Made by a program: the position numbers and the translations under genes
Notes under the pieces: model-generated
Seen by the model: the letters and a program-made list of their open reading frames with translations, nothing else
Database searches by the model: none
Told to the model about the DNA's origin: nothing
Assembly (NCBI GenBank): GCA_000002445.1
Contig: CH464491.1
Span: forward strand, 4,224,001 to 4,288,000
Source of the DNA: Trypanosoma brucei
Taxonomy: Eukaryota
Direction: 5' to 3'
DNA: 64,000 nt
Part shown: positions 32,601-39,791 of the stretch, in pieces
Layout of the letters: each line of letters opens with the position of its first letter
Numbering within the stretch: position 1 is the first letter of the stretch

Positions 32601-33143
32601 GTCCTTGTTACTACCATCCTTGCTGGGTTTCATTACTGGTTCATGGCTCTCAAAGAAGCTCGTGACTAAGCTCTCATAGAGCTGGTATGGGGTAGGATCC
32701 TCAAGTGGACTGCGATACATATTGGCAAGGTCCTCCAAGTATCGCCGAGCTTCCTCCGGACTAACTGGATCCTCATCATCAAAGTCCGGTGGGGTTGGTG
32801 GGAGTGAAGAGCCGCATGCCAACTTTTGTTGCTGCTTTTGCATATAAGGAAGGTACGCAATACGATACAGTTGCGGTAGTGTGAGGCAGTCCACGTGAAG
32901 TTCGTTGCGATTGGGCAGAAACTCACCCCGCCCATGGGTATGACATGAAGTCTTCTGGGGCGACACCAGTTTAGCAGCCCCTGAGTTGCATGCCTCCATC
33001 ATAGGCAACATGGCGGCATTAATATTTACATAGTTTCCGCTTAACGACGATGGTGGTATCGCCGTCATGGTGGCCCTGTAGAAACAAACAGCGAACAACC
33101 ACACACTACTGCAGTCAGGATAATTATATCTTTTTTGTTTCAA
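20682..33143 (-). CDS. Giant HECT-domain E3 ubiquitin ligase (4153 aa) with three SPRY/B30.2 domains and a ZZ-type zinc finger
   Basis: C-terminus is ...LPRAQSCTSLVTIPPYDTYKLFKEKLMIAINHAMEMELA, the HECT C-lobe with catalytic Cys (compare canonical LPxAHTCFNxLDLPPYxSxExLxxKL). SPRY cores are present at GGGYYVGVCNASFGW..WALHD, KGGYYVGVAAAHLPFP..WALHD and KYYYEVTLPE..VVGWGAK. ZZ finger: CDSCPVMKL..WYKCNECVDYQLCRSCFMLCAHSHHPF. A single 12.46-kb uninterrupted ORF. Confidence 0.85.
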   Translation of the reverse strand: MKQKRYNYPDCSSVWLFAVCFYRATMTAIPPSSLSGNYVNINAAMLPMMEACNSGAAKLVSPQKTSCHTHGRGEFLPNRNELHVDCLTLPQLYRIAYLPYMQKQQQKLACGSSLPPTPPDFDDEDPVSPEEARRYLEDLANMYRSPLEDPTPYQLYESLVTSFFESHEPVMKPSKDGSNKDNSLNYQLSLSSLYDEAASSVAPLPLFHAITSGTMVMVHTISAWLLDIRNLTTPDCAMATVKKNRLAVRLVNHSVVSAALDTLKEIVKKDDYSQGKEEALYGFFGFVVLLRGEMKEILEYVEVLEECCAGPASSVVPVTVPHYEELLRVFSPSLSVKSALMSPVDGRHGQEIELSIAVPERSGIRTFCVSPCGQFIAVATLFDIMLLKVDGGRLVARSQNAELVETLWFMQFSSTFSSLILTTRAGRRHVVLNASLEYVDESETDRPAIPTYVADDKLEFLFAPKLPSGRSSSLFLLEKSKIVLDVLENGASSEVDFLVICSHVHSDFSGVLVEIRAHEMIFTVSLADGVIRMAQGTCTCFGAIPSDVPWHFVSCKWERGLWALCVDDTSVELHGVRAASLAVVKIATVTVLDGVGHVSSLAVWGGDECCQHSINRFSTTRAVESTAGMLFCFPLDEGEGIWVKELVTARGFTLLEENFIWDSVVCCPCSPTEPYEHDIFLPQEQFLSARVIVSDYQSLLVFPSSCRGGDEVVAQVLKGCNTITRVYRCSASHAETRYFLSRDESSLYTFKRRLSTFSMTPISTAARREHQLNVSCIALTGAHRGSVAWVCNEILKRVYINGVGIIRIPEEINAARSGDLQYIVTRLRNATPTTKSVKLLALATMGTVYLERFAVEGAKSPLSSVVISLQCCCKKVMGWLPKNLIQDVASSLFNADGGPLLTVSDRVGVLLNADDIQSADVLYTCMQKDSLLFVLSSVVNDAPSQIISMTASLLRRCELERHDVPCGRKVTHLMWWFSIISVQLLHSHGQGKIVSQLLELYVRHAGKLLQSRGWRDSLQETEVHTGLFPLLISVSVLCPAAVTPDIEKTLLALVESAPVVGGADVNTVRFEARQEYDVVPRSDDAPFVLALDYKRAKSVVISWWASTSDVHVVATDTSVADPISFVLSNEYPFFEISGLPLVFFGTGEASFTIASNYDLPVGCSWGAIFRECVFNLFTAVAKHLVVFPRPRAFPLAPLFHHGLNSEALSKHQLYVPGRKGGLGIASDILGARGAGKTLSDKVWQSVQGKVNLSMRPVVSALLALLIHCGMEPHEAEAELESRGFSLEWGNLLQGVEKDATRRSIVDFADWAVRCIACQSDVLPLQARFVPYPPQEREGEAAVPPCDEVAHSDSMTPDQKEPEEMKGARKLLSQLRDFVEQGGTHDELEDILVEQTVAALNVARGFHILSTLLSQPAVEYEPRTVRKILDVVFSVYEGAKGKHILENFTGSGVDLESRVRVAFYDVLRKCRCILINSLPVYMSSEVATTTLALQGSLTIQLLSIMCHPWDPTDCELFSRASAPEVLNILIRLAESIHMPVCRLPATWRAQTRWKRNSTASLRSCHPVLGGVLAPADQVYDRRLASNGFSVVIPNLSVSLCDRGVLVEKAAGSPPLVLRADEAWSIPPLTPHLTDVPPVLYYEVELSTSCCSFMVCISNCHSCVDRPDESVYFYKDSGLTHIIKLPPFGYGDTVGCGIVRFTRRVFFTLNGTFMSFAGGIKGGEDSLYPTIRMGDKKRVGFTVNFGLRPFRYDLNRLWASPGFADVPTHYSIAFASEVALHYITTHSSTLQCNFNPCMTPFWVQCCDAVCRHLGNVMSFVTQDGAKIRDSSGSYFAADGLPPFAEWSVLRHIATLRFVVRIVRVRPLPEALEEMLLSTVRVLMSPSLHSVQLATVGLLAELVPHISHVHDTGVVHQLVNMLFVHANARDRKRKHIPLSLRWLKCDTRCVTIAHAQLAQMRSGAQRSVVLGNVLPRVGDTSFTVRICRRGYPLGSSLKGGYYVGVAAAHLPFPISTSTAQGWKSLNPPLVWALHDMSPQLQHATNPHVAPNTFQRSFGSVESIRVRVRREKRELEFYRENAFVQTLFVNVPSDIDLVPFVQLYNDDASAFIGSGEMMSPISPVTLLRAAATDVLRSMITLKPFEQCVVDAVCGELNDCVTPFVTLALFGGVADPRLFEICGHDGEVAVVSCRRLMSHFASVSCEGVTFCEHLGNLRPHNSRFMHTALRWEQPGHSLGGLRQCVNALVGALRRLVTPLVTTQALSLTEVRQRERILEEEKELWNRSLFSVRAMHFYRIQRLVRDTTLLEPSRIPCGHTFSSALSNPCFRFPPYFCGSLATVLNDTKGSSAPFIAIAEPSVPLKGQFSLRFQLLRGKVGQILGGGYYVGVCNASFGWRRRDLTLGSPEAWALHDMDVAPWRLPHLCTNAKFRTIAEPNCIIVSGDIVRLDVNRDEGTIHAYRKGVNQEETPLGLIYDEVPAGEELFPFVHLYNTDAVAVILPSRNNEEVARTTTQLPHFSLSLAKFKKRCDSCPVMKLTTDMNQLKWYKCNECVDYQLCRSCFMLCAHSHHPFTEMGSNLLVSNNTPPSKLDVGMSVAIPAVCAFYLKSEGCCVDERRMHCVAVSSGINALTVWGIAYKHRAVFTVTINTTDGEPLDPVVPTFIGIGEASEVLGVSPVSLRGKLVSGTPGIVALCNDSTLNQAVRFSARSVGGFQNSSTITVEADFQCGEVVIARDWSTLGSCDIASLDVSSSKPNLVGFVLFGQKDITASVLPECGGTIQGVVDDVTDGVVSVSCSGGVKLLRPEHCRVPLVPCTDSPMVGVLVYTFDNGELLQGRVVAVDRDEAVLYVPAGGAVRHVPFSQLLVDPYGVVSEERELNCNLEKCGPTVAEGFAISRFLLILKGLCDNKDLSSVVLPHRTALVDILRHLAAVEISNDVQAKFFSDLQDAVMATESCTYLAELGDKRLDGFVPSSLCNSWFCAVKYNMLVCAIGGVHRGEIFRVVKQNTADVFEGVKIHAPHSRVSLSTLDCIPVKQCAGNVWWTSSSGLPCSLFEHGLRVTCLNNPMKRMTIEGVWEGEISAAGGVRGTISLQLKANCMGEAYVNLPTGTMKYTALGKFRRSSRSLFLLLFTAPLQTVYCVTRLLMRGCHSSFEEVAEEVGSVLASGKRSVGIVIAEGTVDASGLRVSGQWKPREGSASAFVLRSFRCDTVRIPPLSDLAHVEPLPGLRDPTEPPTNTLAGVEKSYKRGVGSALHRLVVLLSRHIYLSFLGAGGDDVQAVVLYHSSPMAEKLFATCADGALLQRFLCGALRTISEPSTKPWDCVTLSHLVTKYVLLRPEIVVPFPSLLWDSFHAIVSATHRCCRRYRQHLLGCIISLVRCYGEGHDGVLLQLLSMLVRWVDQYALDGSDYSEIPEDVAAGVELVMFLPESLLASTVRHIPLAPLRCLLDLAQAFREGCQLPKAVDISDEHDGMLHAAVVEAVCLFGEFEGGSLVVGKVVSRCAVASRGKYYYEVTLPEKLSVPFVVGWGAKQHSHIPDQPIGSDAYSFGFTGNELLCHDRKEEYKPEKEVSPKCTIGCLLDNDKGVVAWSVDGIRGPFVPIPVGRGDGPLYAFVSAGTNDGMRISLNVNEFHYLPGDYSDLAGRFACVRVRGWGDAASQGKSVLPYMPISFYEQLASYLSDLEEAKPSRVTEISASGVSPFHCEPGVHERGPLLRYPMIMALTDTERMLHTKVIRVAESCMATARRFINLDDDVVVGCLPEAFLMLKCIVRRPFTRRYLVAIPQVEINDMPQGITVHVTELYCDLPRTAEAVLHCSILSQIYKQIGSFKPRMFRQHPLFKVQLHITHSGHSPQDLGGPYRQLWTFLSEEIMTHPDMCYPNTSFNRSPLFHYPEHSQRVGLVPNSSANSAHSLALFNLLGKIMAHCIVAKSPVSLDFSPFLWKYMVGDVLMVRDYYLYVDNAAEKIVGDGDFLLSTAAEEIIPNFSKGLSAAFSNATMTGESQVAHYRRVAESCLLHSLDAQLSAIRTGLWAVLPRRVVRCVSWRELERMVCGEPDITPEVMRQWLEVQLPPRSKRIFWRVMDDFSPCQRSSFLCFGCGQKRPPLAAKIRVLQGTESIDHLPRAQSCTSLVTIPPYDTYKLFKEKLMIAINHAMEMELA

Positions 33144-34246
33144 AAAAAAAAAAGCGGCTTATGTGTCTATCGTCACGCAACACGGTGGACAACGAAGGAA
33201 GAACGCGTGAAGGAGAAAAGATGAGACCCGAAGCGAGTCACAATGGCATCAGTAAAATAAGGCGCGGAGGTAAACCACAGAGATTGCAAATAAGATGCCT
33301 CAAAAAGAAAAAAGGAAGTAAAACGTTCCTACTTCCCTACATAAGAAAAAAAATTGCTCCATAAACATCTAAGATGCTTTCTTTTTGCGACCAGAAAGCA
33401 TCGGAAACGCATGTGAGGGTTCCTATCGGGACGCTCGTTTGTGTAGATGCCTCTGCAATAGTCAGCATTGTCTCAAAAAAGAGGCACGAAAATAAACAGG
33501 AGAAAAGGGTAAAAAGAATGGGTGAAGGTAAAAGAACGAGATCCATATTTTTTCTGCGGCACGGATAATAGAATCAAGCTGGCAAATCCTGCGGTTCCAA
33601 TGACAGCCATCATATAATTGCCCACGGACGGGCACGCGCACGCATACATAAGTATGGGTGCACTAGTAACATTCCCGTGCACACGTGCCGCAGCAGTAAC
33701 GGTATTGCAGCCTCTCATCTGATCCCTTCGACTAATCGTCCTTGGTGCCAGCAGCCTGACCTCCAGCGCCTTCCCCACCAGGACGACGACGCGGCCCTCA
33801 GGTACCATCAGGACAGTTGTCTGTTGAGTTCACTTCTTGTACTGCCCCATTTACCCTTGGAACTGCTGGGTCGCCGCGGAAAAAGCTCCAAATCCACCTG
33901 AATACGGCGACGACAACGTACACAACGACCCAACACGCTACTCAGACCATTGTGTCTTGCTACCTTTTGTACACAAGGGAATGATGGATTAAGCAAACGG
34001 AGGAAATGGGAATACAAAGAGCGGAATGGTGACAAGGAGATAGATAGGTGAATTTACGCAAGCTAAGAGAATTCTCGGCACAGTGTAGGAGTGTGCATGG
34101 AGAGAACTTTCCAAATTCGAACTTTTCACGGAGGTCATCGGGTCAACTCAACAGATACGGACCCACCGCCACATGACACGCCACTTCTCCCTCACCCTTT
34201 TCTGTAACAACTCACTCACCCAACACACGCTTCCAGAGACCACAAA

Positions 34247-36643
34247 CTAACTCTCATGATAGACAACGTCATCGTTAGCGCCTACTAACCTTTGCAGCGG
34301 CAAGCGACAAAAGTCCCCACGTGGTTGCGTCGTCTGAGCGCCCGAGTTCCACTCGCGCTTGATATCCTCAGCGGTTTCGTCTCTCGCCCTCTTCATTTTC
34401 TTGTCTATCAAACCAGTTGCTGTGTCATTTGCCACACCTGGCTCATTCTGCTGTGACGTTGCATTTTGGTAATCCAACTCCCAACTCGCAACCACACGGC
34501 AAAGAAGCTTCTCCTGGTAGTCCAGACTACGTGGATTGACAGATCCCTGTGCAGTGGGTGAAGCAACACTGCATTTTAGTTCTTGTTTCTTGAAGGTGCC
34601 ACGGAGTTTCGCCTGACGAATACTAACAACATCACCCGGTGCCGTGTCATCTACCCCCTCCACAGCAGCCTCCGGAGCGCCGTCAGGGTTAAACTCCGTG
34701 ACACTACACGTGTAGCCCTGATCCACGAGGAATGCAGTTCGGTGTGCTGCGTACGACATCTCAACGGTGTCTGTGCTGATCACAGTGTAAAACCAAGCGT
34801 CGGTGGGTTTGCCATTGCTCGCTTTTTCTTTGGGGCGCAGAATCCTCCCGAGGCGCTGTGCCTCTTGCCGTCTGCTTCCACCGTGACTGGATACCTGCAC
34901 CACAACATTCGCGCTTGGAAGGTTTACACTAACATCTCCTACACGCGACAGGCAAACAACGTTTACCTTCGAGGTACTCTGAAAGTCAGAGAATATCATC
35001 AGGCGCTCCCGATGAGGCGTATCCCCGCAAACCACAGGTGCACCGAGAAGCTTGCTGTATTCCTTCAGTAGCATGATGTGGTCACAGAAAACGAGAATCT
35101 TCGAGGACTCGGCGACATGTCTCTTGACGATCTCCATAACGCACAGCATCTTGTTGGGGTTAGCAGCCGCAAGCATCACGAGAAGCGGTGTACCGTGTTG
35201 TGGCGATGTAAGCTCGCTGCTGCGCTCAAGGTACTCAAGACTGAAGCGGCGCGCCAGCGGCGTCAGCACCTCGATGCAGGTCACGTGAGCTAAATAACCA
35301 CTACTCGCCAGTCTTTCCCACGAAATGTCAAACAACTTTGGTCCTACCAAATGAAAAAGGTCACGTATTTTGGAATCCTCCCGCACATACGTTGCCGTCA
35401 GCCCCACAACGCCTTTAGCGTTGATGAAACCCAAGCTATCCTTGTACGCATCCGCAGGCATCATGTGCACTTCATCCATGATAAGAAGACCGTACGGTTG
35501 GAACAGCCGCTCCTTAGGATTGGCCCTCCGGGGGTTTCTTCCCCGTCCATCAGCGTTCATTTCGAAGCCCTCCACTTGGCAGCGCGCCTGGGCCTTATGC
35601 GCAGTCACCAGCATACTGTACGTCGTCAGCACAATATCCGTCTCATCCGTGATCTCATCCTTCTGCTTTCCGGTCAGACATGAGATGCGTGCAGCCCCAA
35701 CTGCTGCTGTCCGCACCTTCTCGCCAGTGGTACTATTCGACGGATCGCCCTCTTCATTGTTTGCGGGGGCACAAACGCTTGCGAACTCTAAAATCTGGTT
35801 TCTCCACTGCTCAACACTCACGCCCCCTGCGCAAAGTATGAGTGTTGGTTTCTTTACCTTACAAAGGAGCATGATACCGACAAGTGTCTTACCAGATCCA
35901 CAGGGAAGAACTATACAACCACTGCGCAAAGCACCATCGCTCGCCGCGGCGTCAACAGCAGCGATCTGGTATGGGCGAGGCCTAGTTTGAGACTTCAACG
36001 CAATGTTAACGTTACGAATGCTTGTATCCTTCTCATACTCGTATTGTTGTTGTAGCGGGTAGCCAAGCAGAACGCAGCGCTCGGCCACCACCCTCGCCGC
36101 GGCGCGACTCTTAAGAAGGAAATGGGGGCACGCATCCTCACCAACGGTTTCCTTGGGTTGGCAACAGAGGGATCGCACGACTCGGTCCTTTAACAATGTT
36201 TTTGCCGTTACAATATCCTTACATTCCAGCAACGTTCGCGACTCATCTATGACTACACGTGCCAAGTTACACCGACTCATATACATCTCAGCAAAGGCAC
36301 AAACACTCTCTCGGTAGGAAGCAAAACATTTATCGCGAAAAAAGTAAACGTGGTCGTCCAAGAACTGAATTACTTCTGACACCGATATGCTGGCGGAGGC
36401 AGCCGCGCCCAGTGAAAAGTATGTCATACGGTATTCGTGCATCAGAGAAAGTCGTGAAACGGGCTCTGCGATAGTTGTGAGAAACCCCTGAATGTTAGCG
36501 AACGAAGGTCGGAATGCCTCGGCAAACAACACAACACAACCTTCCTTCTTGATTCTCTCCTCCAAGAACAGGCACTGCATAACCCACAATTTAACCCAAA
36601 TCCAAACGCGTTGTAGGCCGCACTTCACAGAAAAGCGACCCAA
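34247..36643 (-). CDS. XPB-R: XPB/ERCC3-family SF2 DNA helicase, short paralogue (798 aa; consistent with kinetoplastid XPB-R, the repair-dedicated paralogue)
   Basis: Walker A VLPCGSGKTLVGI, DEVH box LIMDEVHMMPA, XPB motif GLTATYVREDSKIRDLFHLVGPKLF, and C-terminal QVSSHGGSRRQEAQRLGRILR. The N-terminal region aligns to human XPB (FAEAFRPSFANIQGFLTTIAEPVSRLSLMHEYRMTYFSLGAA). The short length favours the XPB-R paralogue over TFIIH XPB (~940 aa in T. brucei, as I recall). Confidence 0.8.
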   Translation of the reverse strand: MGRFSVKCGLQRVWIWVKLWVMQCLFLEERIKKEGCVVLFAEAFRPSFANIQGFLTTIAEPVSRLSLMHEYRMTYFSLGAAASASISVSEVIQFLDDHVYFFRDKCFASYRESVCAFAEMYMSRCNLARVVIDESRTLLECKDIVTAKTLLKDRVVRSLCCQPKETVGEDACPHFLLKSRAAARVVAERCVLLGYPLQQQYEYEKDTSIRNVNIALKSQTRPRPYQIAAVDAAASDGALRSGCIVLPCGSGKTLVGIMLLCKVKKPTLILCAGGVSVEQWRNQILEFASVCAPANNEEGDPSNSTTGEKVRTAAVGAARISCLTGKQKDEITDETDIVLTTYSMLVTAHKAQARCQVEGFEMNADGRGRNPRRANPKERLFQPYGLLIMDEVHMMPADAYKDSLGFINAKGVVGLTATYVREDSKIRDLFHLVGPKLFDISWERLASSGYLAHVTCIEVLTPLARRFSLEYLERSSELTSPQHGTPLLVMLAAANPNKMLCVMEIVKRHVAESSKILVFCDHIMLLKEYSKLLGAPVVCGDTPHRERLMIFSDFQSTSKVNVVCLSRVGDVSVNLPSANVVVQVSSHGGSRRQEAQRLGRILRPKEKASNGKPTDAWFYTVISTDTVEMSYAAHRTAFLVDQGYTCSVTEFNPDGAPEAAVEGVDDTAPGDVVSIRQAKLRGTFKKQELKCSVASPTAQGSVNPRSLDYQEKLLCRVVASWELDYQNATSQQNEPGVANDTATGLIDKKMKRARDETAEDIKREWNSGAQTTQPRGDFCRLPLQRLVGANDDVVYHES

Positions 36644-37069
36644 AAGGGGGTCTTGGTTGAAAAGGGAGGAAGTTTGGATTGAAGTACAACTATGTTATCG
36701 CTTGGGACGCCGGTTCACACCAACTTTATTTAGTCAATGTGCGTATCGCCCCTCCATACGGTTGGGCCCTACTGGCACTACTGGCCTCGCAGTTCCACTC
36801 CTTAAAATTATCTACAGGCAAAACAGCACGATACAAAAACATAAAAAGGAAGATGACGAAAAAAGATGCATTAAAAAGAAAACTATATATGGTACCTAAA
36901 TACTTTGGATGCAATGCTTGTTAGCTTTGCCCCATACGCTGTAAGACACGGACAGTGCGGCAATGGAATATTTTCCCTCCTCATAATTGAGCAGTAAAAA
37001 AAAAAAATTTAAACAAGACGAAAAATAAGAGAGAAAAATAAAAGAATGTGCTGATCCACATGCTTGCCT

Positions 37070-37852
37070 CTACTCCTCCGGATGCCACGCGCCCCTGACA
37101 GCTCTGCTACCGCGAATACGACCCGTGCGACGGGCGGCAATTAAACCAACCTTCTGTCCGGGTGGGGCGTGGCGCGAGACGGTGGAGGGGTGGCCAATGT
37201 GTTGATGGTTACCACCACCGTGAGGGTGCTCCACGGGGTTACGAGCCACACCACGTACCTTGGGCCAGCAGTTGCGTTTGCCACGGAAGCGGTAGAAGGA
37301 ATTACCGGCTTTAAGCACCGGCTTTTCAATACGGCCACCACCGGCGACGATGCCAATCATGGCACGGCAGCTGCTGGGGACCGTTTTCTTCTGGCCGCTT
37401 GGAAGCTTGAGGCGGGTGCGACCCGTTTCAGTGTTGTGCGAAATAATAATGCAATAGTCGCCAGAAGCACGGGCGAGGGTACCGCGGTCGCCAACCTTTG
37501 CCTCCACGTTGCAAACGATGCAACCCTCCGTGATTTGACCGAGTGGCAGGACATTCCCAATAGCAAGCGGTGCCTTAACACCACAGAGCATCGACTGTCC
37601 GGTGAACATGCCTTCCGGAGCGACCATCAATTCCTTCACGCGGCGGTATTTGTACGGGTGGCGGAACTCCACGCGCGCCAGCGGAGCACCGCGGCCGGGC
37701 TCGTGTTCGATGGCCTTCACAACACCGCGCATGAAACCGTGACGCTCGGCGTAGTCGAGAATGCGCAGCTTCGCGGGGCCGAGCCGCTTGTGGCCGTGCA
37801 CCTGGTACACAGAGCCGTTGCCCTTACGGCAGGTAAGCACTGTCTTCCCCAT
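37070..37852 (-). CDS. RPL2: 60S ribosomal protein uL2 (RPL2/RPL8), 260 aa; start at MGKTVL, 7 codons inside the longer ORF (37070..37873)
   Basis: Near-universal uL2 sequence: [55 protein letters not shown]. Eukaryotic uL2 begins MGK/MGR, so the upstream MLLCVQT is probably 5' UTR. Confidence 0.9.
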   Translation of the reverse strand: MGKTVLTCRKGNGSVYQVHGHKRLGPAKLRILDYAERHGFMRGVVKAIEHEPGRGAPLARVEFRHPYKYRRVKELMVAPEGMFTGQSMLCGVKAPLAIGNVLPLGQITEGCIVCNVEAKVGDRGTLARASGDYCIIISHNTETGRTRLKLPSGQKKTVPSSCRAMIGIVAGGGRIEKPVLKAGNSFYRFRGKRNCWPKVRGVARNPVEHPHGGGNHQHIGHPSTVSRHAPPGQKVGLIAARRTGRIRGSRAVRGAWHPEE

Positions 37853-37873
37853 TGTTTGCACGCAGAGTAGCAC

Positions 37874-37975
37874 ACTTAGGGTTCAGAAAAACAATGGGAG
37901 TGAGAGAACGCAAAGAAAACGGAAAGGAGAACAGGAGATTAAGGAACAAGCCTAAGGATTGGAAGCGCAGCACAT
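37874..37975 (-). promoter_or_regulatory. Polypyrimidine tract / probable trans-splice acceptor region of the uL2 mRNA (purine-rich on plus strand)
   Basis: Plus strand is A/G-rich here (agaaaaacaatgggagtgagagaacgcaaagaaaacggaaaggagaacaggagattaaggaacaag), so the coding minus strand carries a long C/T tract upstream of the ATG. This is typical of kinetoplastid splice-leader acceptor sites. Confidence 0.4.
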
Positions 37976-38296
37976 CATCTCGCCAACAAAGATAGCGAGT
38001 TGGCAGGGAATTAGCAAAAGGGTTCGAGTACGACAAGTGTGAACAAAAACGACAGGAAAGCAAAGATAAGTAGAGAATGAGGCAACACGTAAACGCCGAG
38101 GCATCGACTTTGCAAACTTGGGCGCTCACATTCGGTATCAACGTCACCATCAAACAGTAATATCGACTCATTTGTATTGGAGTGAACAAAAATAGCGCAG
38201 GCCCAGCAGCAGCTGCTTCTATCGAAGTGATTATGCACATATTTGATGAATTAGGCTACTTAGAGAAATATCAATTTACCGCGCATTTCATTACCG

Positions 38297-39361
38297 CTAG
38301 GTAACCGGTTGGGATGCTCCAGAAGACTCCTCGTCTCCAAACGACACGAGCGAACAAACGTCGGGGTCATCCTCATTAAAGATGTGACCCACGCAATCAC
38401 TCGTAGTGACTTCAATAAGGGGGAATATTAATGACGAGTTTGCGTCTTTGATATCGCCCGTGAATTGGCTAAAACTGTCGGGAGAATGAATATAAAACCC
38501 AAGCAGCACTGATGTGCTACAGCTGGTCAGCGGCAACGTGTACCATTCACCTGAGATCTTCCCTTGAGTATCGGAACACGTAAAAGCGCTTTGCGCATAA
38601 TGAGGATCTAAGACAATGAGATTTCCCCCCTGATAGCCCATGAAAAAGAAAGCAGAGCCTTCTTTCCCTCCAACTGCACCCACAGTGCTTTCCATTCGAA
38701 GGCAACGCTTCAGCAACTTGGCGTACCCCTCAGAAATATGATGAGGTCCCAGCATCACGGGTATAAGCAACAGCACGTGTTTGGAAAGGAGGAGTATCTT
38801 CCTCACCTCATCTTCCATCACTTGTCGGTCACGAAGAACAAGCACGTCCGGGCCTTGGCCACCATTTCTAAGATAATCCTCCATTAGGGCCCCCATAACT
38901 ACCGCCACGTGGGTGGGACCAAACCAGCTACCACAAGGGGCGCCGTGCTGTACTCCCTTATTTGTTATGGCATGTATACCAAAGGGTGCCGAAGGATCAT
39001 CATGGAAAAGGTGCTGAGTTGCTTGCTTTAGGGAAGGAACAATACTATCCTCAAATGAAGCACCGCCACCGTTCTTGTAACGCATTAAAGCGTGGGCGAG
39101 CATCATTTGACCCGCACGAATCGTGCACCCCCACCCGATATCGGTTGTTGAACCGTTCCTCAGTGGTTCAAACTGGCAACGATAAGAAAAATACAGTAGC
39201 TTGCAGGCCGCTAACTTTACCATTTCCGCGGTTCCACCTCCACAGTACGTACCTGAACCAACGACGTATGCATCTTCTTCCTCTACCACATCTCGACTTC
39301 TACAACGAATCATACACACTATATTGTACACGAAACCAATCATCTCACCAAGGGCCGGCAC
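38297..39361 (-). CDS. ATG4: Autophagy-related cysteine peptidase ATG4 (peptidase C54), 354 aa
   Basis: Catalytic-Cys motif DIGWGCTIRAGQMMLAHAL matches ATG4 DxGWGCMxRxGQM. Downstream LDPHY carries the Asp/His of the catalytic triad. Position two genes upstream of Myo21 fits my recollection of ATG4.2. Confidence 0.75.
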   Translation of the reverse strand: MPALGEMIGFVYNIVCMIRCRSRDVVEEEDAYVVGSGTYCGGGTAEMVKLAACKLLYFSYRCQFEPLRNGSTTDIGWGCTIRAGQMMLAHALMRYKNGGGASFEDSIVPSLKQATQHLFHDDPSAPFGIHAITNKGVQHGAPCGSWFGPTHVAVVMGALMEDYLRNGGQGPDVLVLRDRQVMEDEVRKILLLSKHVLLLIPVMLGPHHISEGYAKLLKRCLRMESTVGAVGGKEGSAFFFMGYQGGNLIVLDPHYAQSAFTCSDTQGKISGEWYTLPLTSCSTSVLLGFYIHSPDSFSQFTGDIKDANSSLIFPLIEVTTSDCVGHIFNEDDPDVCSLVSFGDEESSGASQPVT

Positions 39362-39791
39362 CAGCTCTTAGCTTTGCGACGCAGTACTTCCATTAAACCC
39401 CCCCCACGCTGCTTGCGCGTCAGAACAGTACAGCTAGATGTGAAATGTCAAAGGAATGATGAAGAATGAAATGTACGTGACAAGGTTGCAAACAACTACC
39501 CCAAGAGGTAAAAATACGAGGGTTGTGTGACGCCGCTTCAAAATAACCTAGAGGCACACCATGATCAAGTTGGGTTCACAACGCTTGAGATTAAGCAGAT
39601 GAAAAATTTATTTAGGGGAGTGTGAACCGAGAGAAAAGAGTAACCGATAAAAACAGAGTTGTCGCAGAGAGTAGAAGCAAGCGGAGTGACTGCTGCACCG
39701 CCTTCCTCAAAAAAAAAAAATAATGGAATGGAATGGAAGGATAATTTTTGCCGCGTCAGAACAGACACAGGCGATTTTATTTTTTTCCGAC

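Noticed and set aside
35370-35990. 206-aa plus-strand ORF inside the XPB helicase gene (and 34583..35071)
   Set aside because: Antisense to a helicase ORF carrying every SF2/XPB motif in order. No features of its own.
37169-37870. 233-aa plus-strand ORF opposite ribosomal protein uL2
   Set aside because: uL2 on the minus strand is unambiguous from conserved motifs. The antisense ORF is a GC-codon artefact.
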